From Felis catus (taxonomy: Eukaryota): DNA of 64,000 bases. The position numbers and the translations under genes are program-made. Numbering within the stretch: the first letter of the stretch is position 1; each line of letters starts with the position of its first letter. Shown in pieces: positions 48,297-61,469 of the stretch. The notes under the pieces were generated by a model, which worked only from the letters and a program-made list of their open reading frames with translations, was not told the DNA's origin and made no database searches. The stretch covers positions 79,050,001 to 79,114,000 of the forward strand of contig NC_058371.1 of assembly GCF_018350175.1 (NCBI RefSeq), given 5' to 3'.

Positions 48297-48783
48297 AAAG
48301 ATTCTATTCAAGGTTCTCACATTTAAAAATTTTGTCCAGTTTCCTTTTGGAATGTACTGCTGCAAACAGTTAACCGTCGTGTTTCATGACCTCCACGAGG
48401 ATGGTCCATGTGGAGACAGGACTGATCATCACTGTCCTGTGTTCACAGCATCTAATACAGTTTATCAAAATGCTAATAAGCACTTGGTATCTGAAAAGGA
48501 ACAGAAGTTTGTGGGCTTTACCCCACATCACAATGGCCTCTCTGCTATATAACACAACACAGTCATCCTTACTCTTGACATAAAATTATATAATGCCACC
48601 CTTCGAAAAAGTTTGGTTTCAGTGCTTCTGCTACATGGTTGCAGGGTACTAGTAAATGGGATGGCAGTGTTGGCCTAGAAGCAGTTTGCCAATCGGTGTG
48701 AAATCTAACTTGTCTTTCAAATACATATCTGCTCCATGTTGAAGCCTTTCCAAAGGAAAACTCTGAGTCAGATCTCTTATTAA

Positions 48784-49050
<267 letters not shown>

Positions 49051-49179
49051 TAGCCTGTTTACAGTGTCAAGCAGTAGGTATAAAAATTTTTCTGAGGAGG
49101 TGGGAGAGGGGCTTTGGTATTTAGTGAATGAACTAAGTTACATGGAGAGTATGAAGCTTTGGGTAAAGAAGGAGCATAT

Positions 49180-51100
49180 TCCTTCATCCACCTAACTACT
49201 AAATATATATTAAGTGTCTGTTATATATGCATGGGAGGATTAGGCAGATCAGGAACTACAGGAGTGAATAAGGTGCAGTTTCTGCCCTCAGAGAGTTTTA
49301 CTAGAAGATAGATTCAAAGATGATTTTAATACACTGCAGAAAGGGATACTCCAATCATTATAGAAGATAAAAGAATGTCGTGATGGCTCAAAAAAGGGAG
49401 AAGCATGTTTTGTTCTGGGGACCAAGGAGCGAGTCACGGTGAAGCTGAATCTCGGAGAACTTGGCAAGGACAATGAATTGGATATGAGGTCTGAGATGGC
49501 ATTCCCATGAGGGGATGATGTGAGGGATTGTGGAAATGTGGGAAAGCATATCCAGGCAATAGAACTTAGTTTTGGAAAAGTTGTTTTGCCAATTAAGTTC
49601 TAAATTTCTATCTTATTTCTGTATTAATTTAATTAATTTTTCAAGGGGTATCAGGCTATATTTGGTTGGAGAGGAGTGGGGAATAAGGTTGGGGTGTAGG
49701 TTGGACCAGAATATTCAATGCCTGTAGAAGCCACCTGACCTTATTGGGTGGGCGGAGGAGTGCAACACCACAGGCTTTGAGCAGTGGGATGACGTGACTT
49801 AAGCTGTGTTTTGTGTTTTTATGAAGATGTATCTGGCGCTAGACTAGATTAAAGGGCAAAGTTAAGGGGAGGCCGAGAAGCAAAGAGAATTTAGCCAGCT
49901 TAGAAGCACAGAGACCTGCTGTGAGCTGTTGAAATAAGGACCTAAATGATGATGGTATGATGGACAGGAGCAAATGGATTCAAATGATGCAAATGGATTC
50001 ACTGCAGAACTGGCAGCTGACTAGAAGAGGAAATAAAAAGGATATGGATCGGAAGTGACACAGGTTTTGAGCATGGAGAAATGACTAAGATGGCAGTCAT
50101 ACCATTAAGAGGAACGTGTTTATGTTGGGACTCAGAGAAGATTTGCTGGAGTTTTATAAACTGAGTTCTGTTTCAAATGGGTTAATTTTCAGATGTATCC
50201 TAATAGGCCAAAAGATAAGGAGAATTGGGGACTGGAACTCAGAAGACAGATTTGGGGATTGAGATACGAATGTGGAATTATCCTCATAGAAAATTGTCAT
50301 CTAAAGTAAAATGGGGAGTGGGGTGGCCGGGGCTCAGAAAGAAGAGGAATGATCCAGTTGACTTACATGAAAGGAAGATGGCAGGCCCAAAAAGACAGAG
50401 ATGGGACTGTCAGAGAAGCAGAGAAACTGGGATCCAAGTGCTGGTTTCCAAAAGGGGCATGACTAAAAGCAAAGCTTCCCCAAGAGAAAACTTGAGAGCT
50501 CAGAGAGAAGCCTACTAGAGTTGACCACTAGACATCGAGCAGCTGCCAGATGGCCAAGGACTTGCAGATTGAGGGGAAGCTTTTCTAGGCTTCTGGAACC
50601 AAGTATGAGAGAAGAGAGGTTGATGACATAAGGTGCCAGAGAGACAACACAGGACAGGATTAGCCTTGGCAAAGATGTTGAGTACTTCTTCCTTGGGCAA
50701 CGACACAGACATTTTCAAACTGAGGGGATAGAACTTGAGTAAGTTTACATCAGATGAGAGCGATGGCAGGAGACAGTATGGAGAAGAAATGTCTAAGCCA
50801 AGTGCTGTGGCCGCTGGGGAAACAGAAATGTTCTGGATGCCAGGGCGAATGACATGGACTTCAAGGGATGAGAGATTGTTGAGTGACCACCTGGAAGCAG
50901 AAAAGAGAATCCAGTGCCTGCCCAGCACCACTCCCCGCCACCTTGGTCCGTGAATCAGGAACATGGGAGAAGGGGCAGTTTTGAGTAGAGTCATTTGGGA
51001 GGAAGTGGCATCACTAGTCAAGGACAGAAGGGGTAAGACGAGATGTTATTTCCAGCAAAGAGGGACTGGATCTGAGGAGGAGTTAGCCTGAATCAAGTAG
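49180..51100 (-). mobile_element. Long L2 fragment (about 1.9 kb) including ORF2 remnant
   Basis: L2 3' terminus near 49180; minus-strand translation EEVLNIFAKANPVLCCL resembles the L2 ORF2 motif preceding the RT domain. Confidence 0.7.
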
Positions 51101-51154
51101 TGACGAGCAGGAAGAGGGGATGCCACAGCGACTGTGGATAAGCGTCTGCTTCCC

Positions 51155-51345
51155 TATGGTTAGCACCTTGCAGTTGTTGAAGTGTTCATATATTATCTAG
51201 TTTAATGCTTCACACAACCCTCTGAGATTGATGGCCCCATTCTAAAGTTAACAAAAAGGAGGCACACAAGTGTTTTTGTTCAGTATCCTCTGTGAATTAG
51301 AACTCAAACCCATGGCTTTAGACTTCACATCCAGTGTTGTTCGTG
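51155..51345 (-). mobile_element. MIR
   Basis: tattatctagtttaatgcttcacacaaccctctgag...ccccattcta...agaactcaaaccca. Confidence 0.7.
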
Positions 51346-54189
51346 CTGGCCCCCAGAGCAGGGAGCAAAGGGAGCAAAGGCAGGCTGGTGGCATAGGAGT
51401 GTGACAGGAAGAGTGGATCGGTTAGTGGGCCAGACTCAGGCTCCCAGGAAGGGGGCAAAACAGCAGCCTGGTAGGGAGGTGGGACCAGCACTTCACAGCT
51501 GTGTTTTGTTTGGCCTGCACAGGAATTTAGGTTGCTTTTGGCCTTTTGTCTTGTTTTATTTTCATTGAATTTCATCGCCCAGGGCAGGGCATGCTCTCTC
51601 CTGTTTGCCGCAGGCCTTACCATTCCTCACTAATTACACTCAGGCAGTCTCCTGTAGGGTTGTGTTTGCAACCCTCCTCTGCAGGGTCAGTAGAACCAGG
51701 CTCTTTCTCCCCGCTCTGTCCTTCCTCGAGATTTCTGATGTTCCTGATTTATCCTTTTGGAATATAACTGGAATCTATAAGTTCGGTGACCGTGATTTTA
51801 TTCCCCTTTCCAAGCAAGGTCATTAACCATTACTGGCTTGAAAAATGTTTTAGATTGATATAGATGTAGATATAGATATAGACATAAATATATAGATGTA
51901 GATAGATCAAATGGGTGATAGAATTTAAATAAAGTATTTTTTTTCTAAAAAATGCTCATGATACCAATTCTTTACAAATCCTGACTACTCAGTCTTAATT
52001 GGTGTCTTATCCTTTTATACCATTTAATCAGTCAGCCTTTAATCAATTCTGATACCATTTTGAAGCTACCCGAATTAATTTATTAGCTTCCAACTAGCTC
52101 AATACTTTCAATTCTGGGTTTTGTAGATGCTGGAAAAGCAAAATAAAAAGGCAAGAAAACGTAAGTAAAGAATTGTATGAATCATAGAGCTGCAGGCTTT
52201 AGTAAGCTTATTTTGCTAATGTATGACAGAATGTGTGAAAATTGTTCTTCTTATTTAGGATGTTAAATTGTACACCTAATGTCCAGTGTATCAAGAGTGT
52301 CTTTACCAATGACATTGAGAGAATCTTGTGTTCTTAATGCTTATGGAGGAAAACAGACGACCCTCTATCCCAATTGTCTCTTTGCTCTTCTCCAGCCCAT
52401 AGATTTTGGATGATTTCCAGCAGCCCTGCTGTATTTAATAAGTAAATTCAGAAAATCTGGGCCGACCTCCAAAATTTGAGGTTTTGCTTAAGTTCTCCTT
52501 ATTTGTGGGTTTGCTTCAACTCCTAAAAAATCTGGCTGGGAAATTGGTACAATATATTTCAGTTACAGATAATATATAAGTAATATTTGACATAAGTTGT
52601 TTATAATCTTGAGAATTTCCGATACAGGACTATCCATATGAAGGTCTTGGTGGATTTTAGTGGATATACCAAATAGTAGTGAAATATAGTAGTGAAATTT
52701 ATTCACCCCATTCTAATTTTAGGTAGTTTTTTAATGTATAGGATGTTATCCATAAATATTTATACTGAAAAGCAAAAGGTTTACTCCATAATATTTTATA
52801 ACTTAAAAAAATAAATGATAACCTGTGGGTGGGCACTGTTTGCAAAGTATTTGCAGACATTCAGTTTCTTTCAGAAAGTTTTAAGTTAACATTAAAAGTT
52901 TGGTAGAAAGTAGATCTAAAGTTTGACTATTAACATCCTGGTTATTACCATCCTTCATATTTTTTATACTTTTAAAACAAGGCTTTATTTTTAAAGAAAA
53001 CAAACTATTTGTTATATAATGGATGGCATTTAACTTTTGACATGAATGTCAAATATTTGAAACCACAGCCACTCTTGTGGCCGTCTCGGGAATTTGTGCA
53101 ATTACTATTAGGGATTTATTTTTTTCCCCACAAAAATAGACTTAGATAAACCACAAACCAAAGCCTCAACAATTAAACTCGAGAAGACTGTTAACATAAT
53201 ATGTGAATTTAATTTGCAAGATAATCCATATTTTTGTACGGGACAGCCAGGGTTTAATTTGGAAGCAGCAGTATTTCAGGTTTCCAGGGTCCTCATAATA
53301 CTCAGAAATGTACTTAGCTGTTCTAAAGGGCTGATGACCCAAGTGAATTATTATTTATCCCAGTTATGATAAATTAACAAACATGCTGTATAATTAAGAA
53401 GTGAAAATAAGAGCAGTTTCAAACTCAGAACATTAATTTCACAAGATGAATTTTCTTTAGATCTTCATCTCCTAAAAATAAAGTCCTAAGTGATTTCATT
53501 TTTCAAAGTTAAAGCATGCATATCACTATTGGCTATAGTAGAAAGAAAGCAAACACAAAAGTAGATTTTCAAAGGGAGTACTTTAGTTTACACTCTGCCC
53601 TACATACACCTCCTTCCAGGCACAGGAGCGCCTTTCCTCTGTAAAGTGCTTTCACGTGTGTCCTGGGACAAAGCATCTCCCTTCAGCAGGTCACAGAAAC
53701 ACTTGATATGTTTCCAAGCCCTGAATCCCAAATAAAAGTAAACACCAGCCACCACACAAAAGAAAATGTGATGCTTCATTTTCCACATCATCACAGATAA
53801 GGTGAACGTGGTTTATTCTCCGAAAAGTTTTCGATTCTGCCTTGCACGCAGAGCCACCTCTGTGTTACTCCTTTGCACACGCAAACCAGTGCACAGCACC
53901 ACCACCAGGTTGTCTGGAAGGCCACGTGACCATGCCCAATTTCTCATAGGATCCTGGTACAAAGAAGATAGAAAGCACTTCTCAACATGCCTGGCCTCCC
54001 CCTTGGTAGATGGCCAGTATCCCCAAGTGTCTTTGATATTTGAATATGGATATGGAGATGTTGCTTTCTAATTCTAGCCCCAGCTTAGACTGTTGGTGGC
54101 TCTTCCAGTTGTCCTGGAAAATCAAAGTGTATTTTCTTACCTATGAGGTACTTGCAAGTTAGGATTCATAAGAAACTTTGATGACAGGG

Positions 54190-54422
54190 CACAAGGCAGT
54201 GTAGCATTGTGGTGATGAGGCAGGCTTTGGAAATTGACCTAGGTTTCTGTTCCTTCTCAGCCATTTATTTATTGTGTTTCTTGGGCAGGATTAAACCTCC
54301 AGTCTTCAATTCCCTCATCTGTAAAATGAGAATAATGGTTATGTCATAAAATTGATGTCAAGATCAAGTTAATATATGCAAGGTGTATATTAATATACAT
54401 CCAATAAATAGCAGTTACTATT
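54190..54422 (+). mobile_element. MIR, near full length, upstream of exon 8
   Basis: ggcagtgtagcattgtgg...caggctttgg...ttcttgggcag...ttccctcatctgtaaaatgagaataat. Confidence 0.8.
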
Positions 54423-54586
54423 CTTTCATATATGGATGTGAACAAGAATTCACCAATAGATAACTGCCATATTTATTTATAAGTGCAATTAATTACGATT
54501 CAGTATCAATCTAAAAGTATGAGCCTAAAAACCCCAAAATATTCTACACCATTGTTAGAGCTGTTTCCCATCTTGGGAATTTACAT

Positions 54587-54718
54587 NNNNNNNNNNNNNN
54601 NNNNNNNNNNNNNNNNNNNNNNNNNNNNNNNNNNNNNNNNNNNNNNNNNNNNNNNNNNNNNNNNNNNNNNNNNNNNNNNNNNNNNNNNNNNNNNNNNNNN
54701 NNNNNNNNNNNNNNNNNN
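54587..54718. other. Assembly gap (132 N) covering the exon 8 acceptor and most of exon 8
   Basis: Run of N ending in mid-exon. Confidence 1.
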
Positions 54719-54765
54719 GGCAAAGGTTCTACCAGTTGACCAAGCTTTTGGACTCCATGCATGAC
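54719..54765 (+). CDS. NR3C2: MR exon 8, visible 3' end only (5' part in N-gap; start inferred near 54608 if 158 nt as in human)
   Basis: gg caa agg ttc tac cag ttg acc aag ctt ttg gac tcc atg cat gac|gtaagt = (W)QRFYQLTKLLDSMHD with a consensus donor. This frame is not in the supplied ORF track. Confidence 0.95.
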
Positions 54766-56452
54766 GTAAGTAGAGCCTCTTGGTGCCTGTTAAATGAAGG
54801 ATCAACAATCACACACACTGTTGACCAAACAGTGGAGAGGGGAGAAAGAGTTCTCAGGGCTTTGGGAAGAATAGAGGTAAATTATCCAGTGGGAGGCAGC
54901 AAGAGTTGAGAACTGATTAGAAAGGAAATTTCCTTCAGATAACCTTTGAAACAAACCTCATTTAAAGTAAAGGGTGTGGCTCTTTTCCATTCTGAGCAGG
55001 GTAAGAGTACTATGGACCATAATGGCGAAACCTCTGTGTCCTGGGCCAGGGAAAGCCCTCAGATTTGCTACAGGTGTCAGATCAAGTTTCACATTTCTGC
55101 TTACAATTTAGGAAATGTTTGGTTAATAAAAATGTTTGCTTTAACATTGCACAAATAGCGTCCATCTTCTACAACTGTTAATCTAATAACCCAATCTTCC
55201 CAAAACATTATTAGTGGTCTAGGGCCAACTGGGATCATCTCAATCTTTGCCAAAGTTTGAATCCTATATTCATTCCTCACGGGAGTCACCTTTCTTGTCT
55301 TACGTAAATATAGAAAGTAAATTCTGAGCTTGTTTATAAATCAATCAATTATAGATGTAGTCGAGGTGTTTGTTAGCAGTTTCTACAAAATATCGATTTG
55401 GATAACTTGCTTTGTTATGTCACTTGAAATATGCTTCTTGTTTCACTTTGTGAGCAGTTTTCTCTAGTTCTGGCTCAAAAAAAAAAAGTTGTACACAGTC
55501 ATGCTGATTTAGTTTTTGATATTTGTGAGGTTTTCATACTTTCTTCTGGAAAAGTTATTGCCCAAGTTCAGCCCATATGATTTGTATAAGAATTCAAATA
55601 TTTCTCCGTTGTTCAGAAAAATGTTGCCAGGCTCCATGGCTGGTATTATAACAATACTACTATTGAAATAACGAGTCATCCTTTAAAATTTTGTTTATGC
55701 CAGTGGAATGTGGCGTCTCTGTGGTTTGATTGATAAAGAATCTCATTTTCCGGTGTTTTACACCAAAGACTCCATACATATCACATTGATTTTGCTTTCT
55801 CTCAACTTCTCACATTCCCACAAGGTGAATTCAGTGATAATTTTGCTAATTGTCAGTGGCCTAAAGAGCATGGCCTAATGGAAAATCTTAGGACGAGAAA
55901 ATGATGGCAAACACAGCTCTAGAGAACACAACTCACATGGGGAACAGAGAAAAACAGTGCCTGGAGGGCAGGTCATCTGCACAAGAACCAGTAGTACATT
56001 TACTTTCTTCTGTCAGTTTTGTTGAAAGTCCTTTCTAGTGGACTCCGAATGGGTTTTTGTGGTTCCTTCTTGATGAATTCTCATATGTGATCAAACGTAT
56101 GGACAGGCACAAATGCAATATCAAGATTGGTATGTAATGTGTCATCATTGCAACGTATGATAATAGCTGATATATTTTGAAGCAATTTGAGAGTAATGAG
56201 ACTGACGACCAAAGTTAAAACTTGTTTATCCACAGCCTTTCAGAGTCTGTGTGCTTTAAGCAAAGTGGCCGTGTGGAAATACTCAGGGTCCACCCCAGTG
56301 GTCAGTGTGTCCGACTGTCCTCTGCCAGCTTGGTTTTCTCAGTGCCATGCTTGGCACAAGATCGGAACTCAGTGACTGCTTGACCCAAATGGCTATATCA
56401 TAAATGATGATATTCTGCAAAATTCCCCGAGGGAAAAAGGGTCCTTTTAGTA

Positions 56453-57700
56453 TTTTTTTTAATCAAGGTATAATTGATATGCAGTAAAGTGAACATTTTT
56501 TTAAATGTTTATTTTTGAGAGGCAGACACAGAATCTGAAGCAGGCTCCAGGCTCTGAGCTATCAGCACAGAACCCAACGTGGGGCTCAGACTTACAAACC
56601 GCGAGATCATGACCTGAGCCAAAGTCGGACGCATAACTGACTGAGCCACCCTAGGCGCCCCTAAACTGAACATTCTTAAAGCGTGCCTTTGGGAAATGTG
56701 ACACAGTATACACCCATGAAATTGTCATCACCATCAAGATAAAAAACATTTATTACCCGAAAAATTTCCTTGTGCCCCTTTTTTAACCTTTACTTCCACC
56801 TCCTGCTCCCCAGTTGCTTTCTATATTGCTTTCTGGCAAGTTGGACTTCTATATTCCCAAGTCTCACATACATGGAATCATGCAGTATGTACTGTGCTTT
56901 TTTTTCTTTTTGTCTGCCTTTCTTTACTTAGCATAATTATTTTGAGATTCATCCATGCTAATGCACGTATCACTAGTTCATCCCACCATACAGATATTGC
57001 ACAGTTTGCTAGTCCGGTCACCTGTTGATGGACATTAGGTTGTTTCCAGATTAGGGACTGTAACATAGAAAGCTGCACCGAAATTTGTGTACAAGTCTTT
57101 TATGGACATTGCTTTCTTTTTCTTGGGTGAAGAGCTAGCTAGTAGTAGAATGCCTGGGTCATATGGTATGTGTGTTTTCATTTTTTATGAGACTGACAAA
57201 CTGTCTTCCAAAGTGCTTGTCCAGTTGTACATCCGCTTAAGACGTGTGAGTTCAGACTACTCCACTTCCTTGCTGGCAGTTATGGCTAGTCTTTCTAATT
57301 TTAACCATTCTAATAGCTACGTGTTGGTATCTCACTGTGGTTTTAATTTGCATCTCCCTCATGATTAGTGATCTTTTCGTGTGCTTATTTGCCATCTTTA
57401 TGTCATCTTCTGTGAGTTGTCTATTCAGCTGTTTCACTCATTCTTAAAAGTTGGATTGCTTTCTGATTGTTGAGTTTTAAAAGTTCTAGATACGGGTCCT
57501 TTATCAGATTTATCATTTGCAAGTATTTCCTCCCAGTCTGTGGCTTATCTTCGTTTTCTTAACAATGTCTCTTGAAGAGCAGTTTCCCATTTTTTTTATA
57601 AAGTCCAAGTGATTGTTTCTTTCTTTCTTTCATGAATCTTGTTTTTAGAAGTCTTGGCCCAGGCCAGTGTCACAAAGCTTTTCTCCTGTTGTCTTCTAGA
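56453..57700 (-). mobile_element. L1MB/L1MC-like ORF2 C-terminus and 3' UTR, split by a SINE
   Basis: Minus-strand translation EDDIKMANKHTKRSLIMREMQIKTTVRY is the L1 ORF2 C-terminal motif; typical 3' UTR follows. Confidence 0.9.
56498..56661 (-). mobile_element. Can-SINE lacking most of the CT-rich segment, inside L1
   Basis: TSD taaa(g/c)tgaacatt at 56485-56497 and 56662-56674. Confidence 0.92.
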
Positions 57701-58777
57701 GATCACTCTCCTTCATTGACAGATATGGAGTGTCTTAAAAACCATTTTTTTAATGTATTTCTCAGAGCATTTTTTTTTCTTGTGGAAGGGTGAATCCAAT
57801 CCTCCTTATTCCACCATAGCTGGAAGGAGAACTTTCTTTGGGGAATCACTGCTGTCATTTTAATTCTGAAACCCTCGTTTTAAATTATCAAAAATGTCTG
57901 CTCTTAGAAGTAGCCCAACAGAAGCATCTTGAACGCTCTATTTATATTCCTGTTCTAGACAGAACATTGAAAAATGCATTGTAAGTCTAGAGGGACCTTT
58001 CTAACATTCACGCTTACTCAGACTTGAGACTGCCTACAGCTTTTTCATTAGAGTAAATTAGTGAATCAACATTTGTGGAATTTTCTTTCAGGGAACAAAG
58101 AGCTACACAATGACTGGCTCTGTGCTCAAGCCTAGTTTTGGTCACCTTGTGGAAAAAGAGCATTTGTTCCTGAGGTTCACACAAATAAGAACCCTATGAA
58201 TCAAATCAAAGTTCTGCTTAAATAGCGTGCATAGCATGCCACCCCTCAGGACACATGTCCATAGATCTCAGGACATGTGGATTTCTCCCACATGGTGCAC
58301 ACGTGTGTTGGCAGAATGGTGCCAAGGTGAGTGAAAGGAACATTCTCTGAAAAAATAGGTTGGCAGCTATTTGAATCGGGCAGCAACTTTAATGAATCAT
58401 AATCCTCCTGAACATCAATCTTTCCCCAAAGAATGTTTCAAAGAAAGCAGCTGTGGGCAGGCGGCTAGGAATAGATGTATTTTTTGCATTGTAAATGTTT
58501 GGGTGGTATTTGTAAAGCATACAGATTTCTTATTCTTCTAAAGAGAATTGATCATTAATAGTCATTCTCTAGCTATTGCTAAGACTGGTGACTAATATTC
58601 TATGTGAAAGAAGCACATTTCTGATAAATTTATTGGTAACTTCTGTTCATTCATAGAGGTCAAGGATTATATTATGATCTTTGTGTAGAACTGTTAGTAA
58701 ATGTTAAATGATATTAATAGTACTTTTTAGAGGCCTTTTTCTATTAGTTTCAAGGTCATACTATTGTGATAACTTTA

Positions 58778-59210
58778 TTTCAACATATATACTAGAAAAA
58801 AAGGGGCCTGGTGCCTAGCAATATTGACAGGGCTACAGGGGATACAAAATAAATACATGACACCAACCCAACCCTCAGATAGCTTAGATTCTAGGCAGGT
58901 GGCTGGAGCACAATATGCATGCAGCAGAAAGTAATCAGGCACCAGAACTGGCCATCTGGGCAGTAGAACCTTGGAGAGCACATGAGTTGCATTCTTTCCT
59001 GTGCCAGTGAGTCCCCACCCTGTTCTGGAACCGCAGGTGCAAGTGTGAATAGAATACCTGTCCTTAGGAATCCCATTTGTTTGATGCGGGAAGACGTTCC
59101 GCTTACTCAACAAATGTTTTCATATCTGAAAGTGCAAGGCAGCGTACTCAGGGGAAGAAACCCAAAGCCTGACCTCCAGGAGCTTGTAGTCTGCCCAGGG
59201 CACCCAGACG
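58778..59210 (-). mobile_element. Two short L2 3' end fragments (about 58778-58890 and 59100-59210)
   Basis: ttcaacatatatact...ggggatacaaaataaa...ccctcagatagcttagattctag; ctcaacaaatgttt...gacctccaggagcttgtagtct. Confidence 0.55.
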
Positions 59211-60499
59211 GCACTACACAGGCATTGTGTTTGGGAGCTCCGATGAGGTGAGCGTGCCATTAGTTGTGGATGTGGACTCACTGCAGTTTATTCTGAGTTG
59301 ATAATAAGTCTAATTGAAAAGTTACAGGAGTCAGCTGTGCCAGGCAGGCGTCCTGGAAGGCTTGTGGAGGGGGGGGAGGGGGGGATTTCAGAGAATCTTT
59401 ATTTCAAAAGAGACAGAGACCCAGAGAGTGATTTTGCAGGGTCCATAGGTAGCCAGTGCACCTGAGCCCTCTTGACTCACTGTCTAGTACTTTTCACACC
59501 ACCGTCATAGTGAAGGAAAGCTTCAAGCTCAGAGCAGCTGCTCAGTTTTAGGCCGGTCTGCATCTTTGCAGATCAGAAAACTAGCATCGAGGAACATTAA
59601 AAACAGCTGCACCGTGCTCCAGCTCTCCAGACTCGTTTGGATCTTCCCTGGCATCTTGTGGAATGCGTTGTTTTCGTGAGGCACGCGGTTGCATCTTGAA
59701 GGCAGTGAAACCTGGTGCTGTATTAAAGTGGCACGCATGTTTAGCAGTTCCCAAAACATAATGTTGGGTCTGTCTCAGTGTAAGCTGAGCAGACTTAAGT
59801 GTGGAGGCTTTTGTCTCTGCGGACGATCGTTAAATCCAGGTAAGAACCTATCCGTTGCCTGGGCAGGCACTGGCGTATCACTTAGAGGCTGTTCTCTGTG
59901 TGACAAAAGGAAACACTCTGAGGGCCATGTTGCTGAATAATTGCCTTCTGTGGTTCCAGAGAGAATGCTCAACAACTGAAGTGGCTTTTCTCTCGGAGCC
60001 AAGGTTTTCCTTCTGCGAGGTGGGGGGACGAGGGGGGGTGAGGAGCAGAACATCTGGTGATACAGTAAATGCTACACGTGCACACTGGGGAGACTTCATG
60101 CTCTACATGAAGAGGGCGTTAAGTTTCAGTGACACAGTCACCAACAAAAGAGATATTGCTGCAAGCAGTCGAGACTATTAGCAAATTATTTTGAGATTCT
60201 CATTGCTCATTTAATTAGTGGGTGCTTTTGCATTCGGGCTGTGGTAGTGGTAATTTCCATCATGATTACACTATAGGTGGTTTTGAGATCGACGCAAACC
60301 TATTTTCAGCATTTCTTACCGCACGCTGAAGAATGCCAGCCACAAGTTTGGCTCGGTCCACCATTTGGGCAGCCCGCTTTCTTTCACATTTGATTCTGGT
60401 TTACATCTTCCCAATCAGCTTCTCCTCGGGAAGTGTTCTGAGACCAAAATAGGAGCCCACCACAGAAATGGAACCCCTGGGGATGGCCTGTGGTGCGGC

Positions 60500-60665
60500 A
60501 CCACCATTTCACTCAGTAAACTTGGGCACTTAAATTTTCCACCCTCAGTTTCTTCAACTATAAAACAGGAATAGTATCCACCTTATAGGGAATTTTTAGG
60601 ACTGAATGCAATAACACAGGTACTGCATAAGGCATTTGCCACATAGCAAGCACCAAACAAACATT
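60500..60665 (+). mobile_element. MIR
   Basis: cttgggcacttaaa...cctcagtttcttcaactataaaacaggaatagt...ttataggg. Confidence 0.75.
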
Positions 60666-60765
60666 CACCCCTTTGCATCCCCTTTTCCCATACTTTGTTA
60701 GAATTTCCTCAAAAGCATGTGTCTGTACCACCAAAAACCTTCCATCAGGCAGTTTTAATTTACTT

Positions 60766-60954
60766 GTTACTTTTTTTTTATGTTTGTTTATTTTTGAGAG
60801 AGCAGAGGAGGGGCATAGAGAGGGAGACAGAGTATCCGAAGCAGACTCTGTGCTGACAGCAGAGAGCCCAATGCGGGGCTCAAACCCACGAACCATGAGA
60901 TCACGACCTGAGCAGAAGTCGGTCCCTTAACTGACTGAGCCACCCAGGCTCCCC
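60766..60954 (-). mobile_element. Can-SINE, antisense
   Basis: Perfect TSD ttaatttactt at 60755-60765 and 60955-60965. Confidence 0.93.
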
Positions 60955-61469
60955 TTAATTTACTTTTAAATACAGAGACACCCAAACCTTTGAGACATAG
61001 CATGTATCTTCAAGGAAATGACAGTCTAAAAGTTGGCCAGATCAAGCAGGGAAATAGGCAGTAAAGATCATTCCACAGAATAGGGCAGGAAGCACAAAAG
61101 TTATCTGGTAGTGAGTTCATAGAATTAAGTCAGTCCTAAAGCATTTCCACGGTACTTCAGGTCCTGGTGCACACATCAGCTACACATTTACCGAGGGAGA
61201 TTGGTATTGTTACAAACGTGTTGGGGTGTGTTTGAACCACTTTCTGATTCGCTAAAAGGATTAAAGGTATTTGATGATGGAATGATTGCTGTGAGGTGAC
61301 CATGAGGATGATTGATCCTGGCGAACCATAAACCCTTGCCTCAGGTGTTACCAGAATACTGCTAGCAATGAAAAAAGGCTGACCATGCTGCTGCAGCACG
61401 AGGAGAGAAATTTCCCTCTCTTCCTGTTGCTCAAGTGACAAGGAAATGACACTATTTGATTCTCTATTT

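Noticed and set aside
54483-54764. 93-aa ORF ending AKVLPVDQAFGLHA
   Set aside because: Wrong frame of exon 8; the true frame starts caa at 54721.
58245-58280. Short duplication ctcaggaca(ca)tgt with AGGACA-ca-TGTCCA
   Set aside because: 2-nt spacer is not a canonical HRE; a small local duplication explains it.
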